A stretch of 63,262 bases of DNA, counting the filler, from Octopus bimaculoides (lineage: Eukaryota): NCBI RefSeq assembly GCF_001194135.2. It is 6 parts of 5 records of this genome, joined end to end, with 100 filler letters (N's around TTAATTAATTAA, not from the genome) between each part and the next. Parts side by side here need not be neighbours in the genome. Positions count along the whole stretch, not along the records: positions 43,625 to 59,251 come from NC_068983.1; positions 59,352 to 61,971 come from NC_068996.1; positions 62,072 to 63,262 come from NC_068994.1; 3 more parts are not named here. One strand, given 5' to 3'. Position 1 is the stretch's first letter, and every line of letters begins with the position of its first letter. The translations under genes were made by a program, and so were the position numbers. Shown in pieces: positions 51,062-62,615 of the stretch. The notes below the pieces were generated by a model. That model was not told the origin of the DNA and did no database searches. It was given only the letters and a program-made list of their open reading frames with translations.

Positions 51062-51101
51062 TAGTTTCTGACGAAGGTTAGTTCACCGAAACGTTAGACT
51101 G
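51062..51101 (+). ncRNA. Minimal type I hammerhead ribozyme motif (Penelope-like element terminal-repeat type)
   Basis: Stem I TAGTTT/AGACTG, core CTGACGA (51068-74), stem II GGT/ACC, GAAA, palindromic stem III ACGT, predicted cleavage after T51095; AATAAA at 51116. Confidence 0.75.
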
Positions 51102-51939
51102 TTCTCCTTCTTCACAATAAATCAGTTTCCTCAATTTTGGAAATGTTTATGTGTGAAAAATTACATGGTTTATATTTCGAAGAAATCTATTAAATACTTG
51201 AGCTGCATTCCTCCTGTGGGGTATCGGGGAGAGAAAAGAGATTATCTTAGTTCATCGAAATAAATCGGATCAATCACTCATTAATGAATATTATTCATTG
51301 TAAAAGTCAACCAAACCGTTGTTATTCACACTGGCGTACTGACTGATACACGGTATTGCTGTTGATAAGGACGATGACAGCGCTTAACCCGGATTAATAC
51401 TGTTTGAGAAGACCAATGACTCGACTGACTCACTTTTTTTCACTCATAGTGTTGTTTGTGACTACATTACCTAATATATCATACCCTTTTTAACATTGCC
51501 AAGAACGATTTGAGGGAAATTTAGCTTCTGTTTCTGGCATATCAAGCGACCACATAGAAGCCTAACCGCCAAGCCAGGTGCCTTCTTTTTGAATTTTACG
51601 TACGACATTTTCTTAGATGCTGCTTAGAATATGCATATGCGTCGGAGAACCATCCTAGATCTGTGGTTGTGTATACGCAAGTCCAGTATAGCCAAGCTTG
51701 ATTCTTAAATTGGGTTAATGGTTGTTGAGAGTCTTTTGAATATATATGCAATTTAGTCTTCTTGGTTTGCCACGTAAGACATATGTCGAGACGCAGCTGG
51801 CAGTTGGTTAGAGAATATTAATGAATACCGCAGAATGAAAGCTTTTTAGTAAGTTAAGTGGATACCGTCCAAAACATACGGTTGTGTAGTAGATATTCTT
51901 GTCTTAAACATAGTAACTTTATACAACATTTAGGAAATA

Positions 51940-53495
51940 CTAGCAGAAATACCCGGCGTTGCCCGGGTTAAAGATAATAATGAAATCTAAAAACGCCGTC
52001 TAGACTACGCATCATCTTTATATATAGAGATGTATATACACACACGCACCCAAACACACGTATATATATGTATATCAATATAAATATATGAAAGTCAATG
52101 AAGTTTCGTAAAAGAAGGTGATCATGTACATACTTTCTTGCTGTTGTGATTATAACACCTCATTGTAAACTATGTTCCTTGTTTTCCCTTGTGGAGCATA
52201 TACAAATAGGTTTTTGTTGCTGCCCACTCTTGAGCAGCCAACATGCAGTTGTCCATGNNNNNNNNNNNNNNNNNNNNNNNNNNNNNNNNNNNNNNNNNNN
52301 NNNNNNNNNNNNNNNNNNNNNNNNNNNNNNNNNNNNNNNNNNNNNNNNNNNNNNNNNNNNNNNNNNNNNNNNNNNNNNNNNNNNNNNNNNNNNNNNNNNN
52401 NNNNNNNNNNNNNNNNNNNNNNNNNNNNNNNNNNNNNNNNNNNNNNNNNNNNNNNNNNNNNNNNNNNNNNNNNNNNNNNNNNNNNNNNNNNNNNNNNNNN
52501 NNNNNNNNNNNNNNNNNNNNNNNNNNNNNNNNNNNNNNNNNNNNNNNNNNNNNNNNNNNNNNNNNNNNNNNNNNNNNNNNNNNNNNNNNNNNNNNNNNNN
52601 NNNNNNNNNNNNNNNNNNNNNNNNNNNNNNNNNNNNNNNNNNNNNNNNNNNNNNNNNNNNNNNNNNNNNNNNNNNNNNNNNNNNNNNNNNNNNNNNNNNN
52701 NNNNNNNNNNNNNNNNNNNNNNNNNNNNNNNNNNNNNNNNNNNNNNNNNNNNNNNNNNNNNNNNNNNNNNNNNNNNNNNNNNNNNNNNNNNNNNNNNNNN
52801 NNNNNNNNNNNNNNNNNNNNNNNNNNNNNNNNNNNNNNNNNNNNNNNNNNNNNNNNNNNNNNNNNNNNNNNNNNNNNNNNNNNNNNNNNNNNNNNNNNNN
52901 NNNNNNNNNNNNNNNNNNNNNNNNNNNNNNNNNNNNNNNNNNNNNNNNNNNNNNNNNNNNNNNNNNNNNNNNNNNNNNNNNNNNNNNNNNNNNNNNNNNN
53001 NNNNNNNNNNNNNNNNNNNNNNNNNNNNNNNNNNNNNNNNNNNNNNNNNNNNNNNNNNNNNNNNNNNNNNNNNNNNNNNNNNNNNNNNNNNNNNNNNNNN
53101 NNNNNNNNNNNNNNNNNNNNNNNACATGTATATGTATACATATACATCTCTCTCTCTCTCTCTTTCTCTCTCTGTGAAAGTATCTGTCACTACAGTATCG
53201 AAATGTGATTGTTTCAGTTAGTGGAATAGTTTCATTTTTAAAGTGAAAGTATTTGACATGAGTGTTTTTGTTTCACTTTTGACACGTAATACTTAAATAG
53301 TGGAGGAGATATTATGTTGCCGTGTGCTCGAACTCTGCAAGAAGTTAATAATTTTTTTTGACTAAAACACAACTGGAACCCTAAGTAAGGCATGTGTAAA
53401 ATTTGAATGAAATTGGTTGCGTAGTTCTCGAGTTTTAGGGATTCACACAGACAGACAGACAGACAGACACACATTCTCATTTTTATATATATAGA
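51940..53495 (-). mobile_element. Composite non-autonomous Helitron, second copy (in a calpain-like intron)
   Basis: Reverse-complement match to both ends of 32193-33319; terminal 91 bp are 90/91 identical; contains a large N gap. Confidence 0.78.
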
Positions 53496-53534
53496 TAATA
53501 ACTTTCGTTAATGCTTTTGCCTCTTGGTTTTCAG

Positions 53535-53613
53535 GCGGAATTTCAAAGCCGTGTCAAAGATGGTTCCAACAAGGCAGATGTCAAAGGACTGAAACGAATG
53601 TATTCAGTTTTAG
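53535..53613 (+). CDS. Calpain-type PEF exon, degenerate EF3 (AEFQSRVKDGSNKADVKGLKRMYSVL; 79 nt, phase 0/1)
   Basis: Acceptor ggttttcag, donor G|GTAATG; the 79-nt size and phases fit the calpain EF3 exon; frame links both neighbours. Confidence 0.82.
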
Positions 53614-54511
53614 GTAATGATAACACGTTTTTTGGAAAAATTACTGATCTCTCACGGTCTCAGAGACCTGCCACTAATGTACAAAGGTTTCCATCGATGA
53701 AGATAAAAATATTTTGATGAGTCGGATTAACTGCAATGCCTACAACAATAACCGTTACTACAAAAGCTACTACGACGCGCACCACTCCAACCATCATGGT
53801 ACATAAGCTAACTACCAGAACCATAATTTTCATTTCTGAGAGACACGTCACCTCAAATTAGAGGATGCTATAATCAATTACATTGACCTTACTACATAAC
53901 TTTATTCTTCCTTTTACTATCCTACTATAAAAACTTCTTTCCATCCATCCATCCATCCATAGATTAATTAACATATGCATATACATGCATATATTATAGA
54001 AGATAGAATGACAAACGTAGAAGTGTTCGCTTGTGGTATTCGTTGTGGTTTTTATATATGCTAAGTTCACATCACGAAGAGGTCATCTGTGCCTTCTTTT
54101 TTTACATTCCTGGGTCCTGGGTTGATAATGTATGTCTGTCTATCTAACTAAAATCACATGGTTCGGGGTTCAGTCCCACTGCGTGGAACCTTGAGCAAGT
54201 GTATTCTACTATAGTCTCGGGTCGACCAAAGCCTTGTGAGTGGATTTGGTACATGGCAGCCCTTTTTATAATATATATATATATATATATATAATGTTTG
54301 TGCTTGCGTCTTTGTGTCTTTGTTTGTACCCCTAACTTAGCGGTTCGGCCAAAGAAACCGATAAAATAAGAACCACGCTTTAAAAGTCCCTCAAGTTGGT
54401 GCCCCACCATGACCACAGTCTAATGACTGAAACAAGATAAAATATAAAAAAGATGTGTATGTATGTATGTATGTATGTATGTATACGTAATATCTCACCT
54501 TTATGTTTCAG

Positions 54512-54628
54512 GTGTTGATATTGGCCGTAAAGTAATTGAAGCTGTTACCACGCGGTATGCAGATAAAGATAACAAAATTTCCTTTGATGATTTTGTACAA
54601 AGCGCTGCTAAACTTTTGAATTCTTATT
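54512..54628 (+). CDS. Calpain-type PEF exon, EF4 ((G)VDIGRKVIEAVTTRYADKDNKISFDDFVQSAAKLLNSY; 117 nt, phase 1/1)
   Basis: Acceptor ttatgtttcag, donor T|GTAAGT; RY.D....I.FDDF is the PEF EF4 signature; 117 nt as in calpains. Confidence 0.9.
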
Positions 54629-55496
54629 GTAAGTATATAGTTAACCATTTTTGACGTTTGCTTTGAACTCATTTTCGCCATTGATATTCATTTACTTCTT
54701 TACTTAAACATATTTTTTTCTTTCATAGCATGTTCCAATTATTAATTTCTAAACAAATATAAAATGTGTACAACATATTAATGAGATTTTCTAAATTTCT
54801 GTTTATATAAAAAAAAAAATTGAAAAATGGATCTTCGCCGGTTTCGACGATGAATATTCAGTTATTCCTGTGGTACTCAACCATTTTCTACCTATGGATC
54901 CCTTTGATTCCTATTTTACTCAGGTGGATCTTCATAGCCATTCGATGTTTAAAGAAATCCCATTGTATTTTAATAGTTAAACATCATTAGGAATCCTATA
55001 AATAGATTATTACAATATTTTACATATTGTACAAGTAGAAACAGTTTATTGCACATAAATTTCCTACGGAAGTATGTATGTTCATTAATAAAATAAGTCA
55101 TAAATATACAAGAACTTGCTTATTAACGAAAAGAAAAATACTACTTTTTGGCTATTAATTCAATGCGAACTTTGAGGTTGATATGTTGTACTTGCTGGTT
55201 TTGTAATATTCGACCCCAACGTAGTCAACATTTTTGTACTGTGTTGAGTCGGTTACGCAATTTTGATAGTAAGTTAGTGATACGGCTGAAACTATATTCA
55301 GCCCGGTAAGATGAATAAAAAGCAATAACATACAAATTCGCTTTTTCTGATACTAGTGCATATTTTTTTTAGAATATTTCATCACTCTGTAAATAGATAT
55401 CTCTCCAGCAAATAGATATCTATCTACATCAGCAATATGAACTTCAAAAAGAAGTGTTACCCATCGTGGTATATTTAGGTTGAGTACTATTTACTT

Positions 55497-55863
55497 GAAG
55501 GTGCATGGCTCAGTGGTTTAGTGCATCGTGCTCACAATCATGAGGTGGTAAGTTCGATTCACGGAGCGGACTGCGTGTTGTGTTCTTGAGCAAGACACTT
55601 TATTTCACCTCGCTCCAGTTCACTCAGCTGTAGAAATGAGTTCCAGTGTCACTGGTGCCAAGCTGTGTCGACCTTTGCCATTTCCTTGGGTAACATTGGT
55701 GGTGTGGAGAAGGGAGGCTGGTATGCATGAGCGACTGCTGGTCTTCCATAAATGAGCGACTGCTGGTCTTCCATAAACTATCTTGCTCGGACTTGTGCCT
55801 CGACGGGAACTTTCTAGGTACAATCCCATGGTCATTCATGACCGAAAGGTGTCTTTACCCTTT
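55497..55863 (+). mobile_element. SINE family C with 12-bp TSD and an internal 25-bp duplication
   Basis: TSD TACTATTTACTT at 55485-96 and 55864-75; ATGAGCGACTGCTGGTCTTCCATAA occurs twice. Confidence 0.9.
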
Positions 55864-56802
55864 TACTATTTACTTACACTAATAAAGACATAAATTAGAG
55901 AGTTTTCTCACTACTATGTTGAACTATATTAAGAGTTAGAGAAAGAAACCTACTTGTTTGTTGCAATAGGTAAATCTAAAGCAACATTTTTTCATAAACC
56001 CCTAAAATACTACCGCATACGCCCAAATTATTATTTAGCTTGCATGAGTCCCGCAAAATCATATATGGAATCCGAAGGGTCATATGGACTCCGGTTGAAA
56101 ACCAATGAGTTATTCGAACAACTGAATTCTTTGTTATTCGATCAACTGAGTTATTCGTTGAACTGAACCCGTTCATTGAATTAGCGTGGAAGTGGCTGAC
56201 TATTCCACAGACAAGTGTACACTCAACGTAATTCTCAATCAGACTTAGCGTGATGCAATATGTGACAAGACTTGACACTTGAATCATTCGCGCAATCCAT
56301 ACAACGAGCTTCCGTACAATTCCTTCCTCCTAATTTCAGTCACAAACTTTGAGTCCAATCGAGGCTATAGCAAAAAAGCACTACTGAACATGCCTAGGTA
56401 GAACTGAACCTAGGACTCCGTTACTGCAAAGCAAACTACTTAAAACATTCAGCAATGCTGCGCTCTCAATTTTTCACAATCCTACAAAATGTCAAAAATT
56501 TATATCAATGCTTCTAGTTGAATTCTAACGAGTTTGTTTTCTTTCTTTTTTTCGTAAATTTTTAGACAAATCTTAAATATTTTCAGTTCTAAATTTGGGA
56601 CTGTTAAAGCGGAAATATAAAGTGGCTTTCAAAACCTGCTTGTTTATAAATTCAAGTGTGAAAGCTTCAACTTTAAAAAATATCTTTCAATATGGGAATT
56701 TTACACGCACACACGAACACACACACACACTCGCTCGTTATTATATGTTTATGCATTCATATAATTTCATATACATGTGTATATATGTGTGTTTATATAT
56801 GT

Positions 56803-56836
<34 letters not shown>

Positions 56837-56838
<2 letters not shown>

Positions 56839-57815
56839 AGGCACATGGTTTAGTGGTTACGGTGTCGGACTGGTGTTCGTCAAAATGTGATTTCGATAGC
56901 TGAACCGGGTGATGCGTTGTACTCTTGAACAAGACACTTCATTTCAAGTGCTCCAGTCCACTCAGCTGGCAAAAATGAGTAATCCTGTGACGGACCGGTG
57001 TCCCATCTAGGAAGGAATATGTACGCCAAAGAACTCTGTATGCTTCTTATAGAGTAATGTGAACTAATCATGTCCATATATGGTCGTAGATCTCCGTCAT
57101 TCGAGGGTGAGGATTCGGTTCTTCATTCAACTGAATAACCTGCTCCTGGATTAGCAGGTATGTGTCTGAGTATTCCACAGACACGTATACCCTTAATATA
57201 ATTCTCCGGTATAATCAGTATGACTTAAGCGTGACAGTTGCAGTTAGCAATACACTCGAACTGGTGCAAGATGCCGTACGGCTGAATGACTACGAAGTTC
57301 GCGTTGCATCTTGGGAAAACCTAACTTTTTATAGCTTCGGGTCGACCTATATTGTGCGAGTGAAAATGGAAAATTCCGAAGCCCATTCGGATGGACTGAA
57401 ACTGTCACACATAAGTCATGCTCATTATACTTGATAATTGCGTTAAGGGTATATGTGTCTGTGGAATATCCAGACACTTACCAGCTAATCCAAGAGCAGG
57501 TAATTAAGTTGATCGAAGAACTAAATCCTCACCATCGAACGATGGAGATCTACCACCCTATACGAAAATAGTTTGTCCATGGTGTGTCCTGTACCGAGCA
57601 TACACCGCTTTCTCGGTTTCTCTGGCGTATATGTTGCTCCCTGGATGGGATACCGGTCCGTTGCAGGATTACTCATTATTACCGGCTGAATGGACTGGAA
57701 CAACGTGAAATGAAGCGTTTTGCTCAACAACACAACACATCACCCGGTCCAGGAATCAAATTCACTATCTCATGATCACGAGTCTAACACGCTAACCACT
57801 AAACCATGCGCTACC
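56837..57815. repeat. About 1-kb quasi-palindrome built from SINE parts
   Basis: Left arm 56837-57206 (C head +, B tail -) is mirrored by right arm 57435-57815. Confidence 0.7.
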
Positions 57816-58314
57816 ACAAATACGTACGTACGCACACACACGCACGCGCACATATGCACAACACACGCACATATGCACATACATATTTACATACACACAC
57901 AATACACGCATATATATACACACACACGTATAAAATATATACACAACACACGCGTACACTCATACATACATGCACAGATGCACACACATACACATATACA
58001 TGATGGTTGCCTCATCTTGTCAGATGACAGCCGTCACATGGTCAACCTGGTTTCCTTTCATCTTTGCATGTGTGCCGAGGATATGACTTTTCAAACCACG
58101 CATCCATCACCATTAGGACTTCATAAGATACAAAACGGGTCAAGAAATGAAATTATAGTGAGACACCTCTACATCATTGGATTTAAGTAACGAAAGCTTG
58201 TTCAACACTTTTGTTACTATCTTGGTCACTACAATAGGGTCTAATGGCAATCAGTGCATGACGACAGGTACTATTTTGACTGCAGGTTTTAAGTCAGAGT
58301 ATCTTTGTCAAAGT

Positions 58315-58377
<63 letters not shown>

Positions 58378-58378
<1 letters not shown>

Positions 58379-59249
58379 GTATACCGAGATTTTAATGTGT
58401 AGCTTAATTTTATTTTCCAAAGTCTCTTAGCTGTTTTTATGTATCATTATAAAAATTTCATAAACTTTCGACAAAATGTGAAATGAGGTTTTTTCCACTG
58501 TTCGAAATAGTCCAGGAACTCTTGCGAAATGATACCTTTTAACGCCTCCGTCATTTTTTTCTTTATCTCTTCCACATCGGCAAATTCCGTAGAACCACCT
58601 TTCGTCACTAGTGATGACCTTCGGATCAACTTCCGACTTTTCTTTCAATTCACAACACGCATTCAGTCGTGACTACCTTTGATCTTCCGTGAGCAAGCGA
58701 GGCATACATTTTGCTGCAACTCTTTCCATTTGAAGTTCCACGCTCAAAATTCACGCTCTAGAACACACAACTCATATCAACAAGTTCGTCAGTTGTTCGG
58801 CGACGGTCCTCCAAGATCAGTTCATGAATTTTTGTAATGTTTTCATTCGTTCGGGAAATCGATGATCGTCCTGAACGAGGTTGGTCTTCAAGCGACAAGT
58901 GACCATTCCTGAAGCGTGGAAGCAACTCGTAATCTTGTGTTTTGCTTATAGCAGCGTCCTTGTAAGCTGTCGGAAGCATGACAACTGTTTCGCCGCGTTT
59001 TACTCCAGCAAAAAACAGAATTTCATGGAAACACGTTGTTCCTTCGTTTCAGCCATCGTAGAAATCGACGAACAGGGAGAAGCACTGCAAAAAAAAGAGG
59101 CACCACGTGACAGTACGACTCCATCCCGACGTCGCTGGTCGGCAGAGTGATGCCTGAGCTCAAATCAAGTGGCTTCTAGAGGCGGAAGCCTGAACTACAA
59201 CGGGCTTGTCCCACAGAGAACGCGTCCGTTTATTTTGGGTACCTCCTCA
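58378..59249 (-). mobile_element. Decayed mariner element
   Basis: RFRNGHLSLEDQPRSGR..I.ELILEDRR.T; ITSDERWFYG; TIR TGAGGAGGTACCCAAAATAAACGGA beside TA. Confidence 0.8.
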
Positions 59250-59251
59250 TA

Positions 59252-59351
59252 NNNNNNNNNNNNNNNNNNNNNNNNNNNNNNNNNNNNNNNNNNNNTTAAT
59301 TAATTAANNNNNNNNNNNNNNNNNNNNNNNNNNNNNNNNNNNNNNNNNNNN
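59252..59351. other. Artificial scaffold spacer
   Basis: 44N + TTAATTAATTAA (59296-307) + 44N. Confidence 0.95.
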
Positions 59352-59849
59352 ATATAATATTTATATATGTGTGTATTTATTTATGAGTGTGTATATGTAT
59401 GTATGTAGTACGTATGTATGTATGTATGTATGCATGCATGTATGTGTATGCCTTTTTGTAGGCATGCATATATGTATCTTTGTTTGTAAGTGTACAAAAT
59501 TGTAAATAAGTCACAAGGAAAAGTTCTAAATTGAATTTAGCTTGCAAATATCGGAATACTAAACCCAACTAGCTAGCTACTTCTATATCGGTTTCGCGCA
59601 GATCGATACAGCTTATCGATAGAGTAATCAACTTTTACCATTTATTTGTTTATTTATTTATCTAATATTTGTTTACTTATGTTTCTTTTCCTGTCTATCT
59701 CGTCTCAAATATCATAATCAATTAGTCTTCTTTACATTACCTGAAATAATTTGCTCGAAATGCAATCTCGCGGAGATATTGTTTGGTGGGTTCCTATTGT
59801 CGGTATTTCGAGTTGGGGAACTTATCTCTCCCGCCTCTCGGTATTCATT

Positions 59850-60650
59850 TCGTTTAACGAAGATGTCAGAGCACTCAACAGGAAAACTATTATCTTATAT
59901 GTTGATTTCATGAAGGCTTTTGATTTCACCCACAAAGACAAGATGCTCAAAATCTTGGAAACATATGATATACCTCCTAGTCTTCTGAATGCAATAGCAA
60001 AGCTTTACAAAGACACAAAATCTAAAGTTATAACACCTGATGGAGAGATATGTTTCTTTGAAATAATAGTAAGAATATTTCAAGAGGATACACATGCACA
60101 ATATATGTTTGTTCTCGTTCTAGATGTGATACGCAGTACCTTAGAAGAAAAAGAGGAGTAACTGGGATTTAAGTTGGAAAGCGTAGTAGATGAGTTACAC
60201 CAAAGATGCTTGCAGATCAAGACTTTGCAGATTAGATTGCTCTTACCTCTAAAGAGATACACGGGGTACAACAGACTATAACTTCAAGCTGCATACGGTG
60301 ATGAAAGTTGGACCCTCACAAAGAGCCTGGAAAACAAATAGACGGCCGCTACACAAGAATGTTATGAAGAACTCTGAATGTTTTGCGAAGAGCTAATTTT
60401 ATCAACGAGCAACTTTGTCAAGACCTATCCAAAGTGACAGAAGATTCAGCAGAGAATTGCTGGTCACTGCGTCAGAAGAACCTATGTGTCAACTAATCTC
60501 ATGACTGTTAGTCGACGGAAGAATCAACAGGGGAAGAAAACGTCTAACCTGTGTGAACAACTTGCTACAAGACAATGGAACTATTGCTGAATTAAGACCA
60601 TATATGGGAGCCGTGATGGATGAAATGCTCGTGTGAAATCATTGAAGCGT
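59850..60650 (+). mobile_element. RTE-like LINE reverse transcriptase relic
   Basis: YVDFMKAFD..H..KMLKILE.Y.IP..LLNAI..LYKDT.SKV.TPDG, DFAD*IAL; many stops. Confidence 0.78.
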
Positions 60651-61845
60651 TCGGAAGGACGGCCAAACTAACTAATTAAATATATCTCCTTTCAGGAGTC
60701 AAGTGCGCAACCGATTGTATTTTTTCATTGCACCGTGATGTTTTTAAAATGACGGACCATTGGAATATGCCATTGGAACGTTCACTCAGAATGGTCATAT
60801 TTTGAACGAATATACTTATTCAATCTAACCAAAGCAAACAACAGCCACATTTTCGAAAGCGTTACATTTTTCTTTATTCAATCTTCCTTATTTTTGACAT
60901 CAGTTCCAATACTGATTTTAAATTTCGGCACAAGACCAGCAATTTAGGGAGAGGAGTAAGTCAATTACGTCGATCCCGAAAAGGTTGAAAAGCGAAGTCG
61001 ACCTCGGCGGAATTTGAACTCAGAACGTAAACACGGACAAAATGCCACTAAACATTTTGTGAGGCGTACTAACGATTCCGCCAGTTCAATGCCTTTCTGA
61101 TATCAATTCCAGTATTGCAAAACAAATCAGAAATGTTTCAAATTGGAAAAAAAAAAAGATATTTGAATAATAATACGAGCCGAAACATTTTTTGACTACT
61201 CACTCTAGAAACCAGGCCTGACATTTGGTCAGGGAAGATAGTCGATTGCATCGACCCTAGTCTTGAACAAGCACACTAGTACTTATTTTATAGACTCCGA
61301 AAGGATGAGACACAATGTCAACCCCGCCAGTATTTGAATTCAAAACATAAAACCAAAAGAAATGCTGCTAAGCATTTTCTCTGACACGCTATCTGCTTTG
61401 CAAGCTTGTCATCTTTACCACCCAAAACATAGGAAGAAAATATGAGAAACTTTTTGTTTTCATTCGGGGAAAAGAAGCAAATTTGAAAAATGAATTTTAG
61501 ATATAAAAAATGTTATATATTATTGAAATTTGATAGTTACTTTTCTTTTGTAATTAGATGAATTTTATATTAGCTTTTATTTTTAAAGCTACGGTGATGT
61601 AAAGAAACCAACACAGGTTGCCGAGTCCTGGGGTCAAACACAGATGCAAAGACACATATGAACTATGAGGCAGATTATAGGTGAATATGGAATCTTGGAG
61701 AGAGAATGAAAATCATTAATTTATATGCTACAAATGATCGCGCTATCTGGAACTATGAAAATCTGCAAAACATTCTTAAGATTTTAAAATTGATGGTTAA
61801 AAGAAGATACTTTGCTTCACAATCTTGCTAGCACTAGTGGTCGGT

Positions 61846-61888
<43 letters not shown>

Positions 61889-61971
61889 TAAACCTTGGGA
61901 GAGGCATTATGCCGGTAATAAACACACGCACTGGTTCAGTCCTTTATTAATTTATATAGTTTTTTGTTAAA

Positions 61972-62071
61972 NNNNNNNNNNNNNNNNNNNNNNNNNNNNN
62001 NNNNNNNNNNNNNNNTTAATTAATTAANNNNNNNNNNNNNNNNNNNNNNNNNNNNNNNNNNNNNNNNNNNN
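61972..62071. other. Artificial scaffold spacer
   Basis: 44N + TTAATTAATTAA (62016-27) + 44N. Confidence 0.95.
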
Positions 62072-62185
62072 CAATCCCAGAGGAAGCCACAGCTACTGCA
62101 ATGTCCTGATGCTGCCTAACTTCTGCAAGGAGAAGCTTTGTTATAAATGTTTTCAAAGGAAAGTGTTTGGAGTTGATATGCAGCT
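62072..62185 (-). mobile_element. Helitron PIF1-helicase relic
   Basis: KTFITKLLLAEVRQHQDIAVAVASSGI matches the RepHel motif I/Ia region (KTF...LLLA.VR....A.AVASSGIAA). Confidence 0.75.
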
Positions 62186-62615
62186 GGTTTTGTATACATG
62201 AACAGATTTTGTTTGTATTTGTAAGACGTGTTGCTAGCACAGAACAGGTATTTAGGGAAAGCCGTTACGTGTTATCAACGCATGTTAGAAATAGAAGTGA
62301 AATGTGAAATATGAATGGAATTTTGAAAGGAAAAATATTACTTACCGAATTCAGCTGAATGAATGAATGTGCTTTAGTTGGTCAATATTGCTTTGATAGG
62401 ACAGTATTGTTAAGAACAGATGATAGAAATTGTAAGAGGAAAGGAGACAGTGATTATGAATTGCTTTCCGAATGTTATTTGCCTAGAAATGAATTCTGTC
62501 GTATATATAAAGAAACAGACATATAGAGGGATGAAGATATCAGTGTTGCTATAGTGTTTTGTGATCGTATTAAGTGTCCGTAGAATATGAAGGTTAGAGG
62601 TGAAATGGATGACAA

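Noticed and set aside
54729-54745. Strong acceptor 100 nt after the EF4 exon as the terminal calpain exon
   Set aside because: In frame it gives only SCSNY*, with no EF5 similarity; cannot be supported without transcripts.
54820-54865. Minus-strand CTGAATA...CGAAACCGG as another hammerhead
   Set aside because: The core is not CTGANGA and stems I and II do not pair.
56100-56170. Three GTTATTCG..CAACTGA repeats (and the 62616-63262 array) as CRISPR-like
   Set aside because: Eukaryotic context, no unique regularly sized spacers, no cas genes; simple slippage or tandem repeats.
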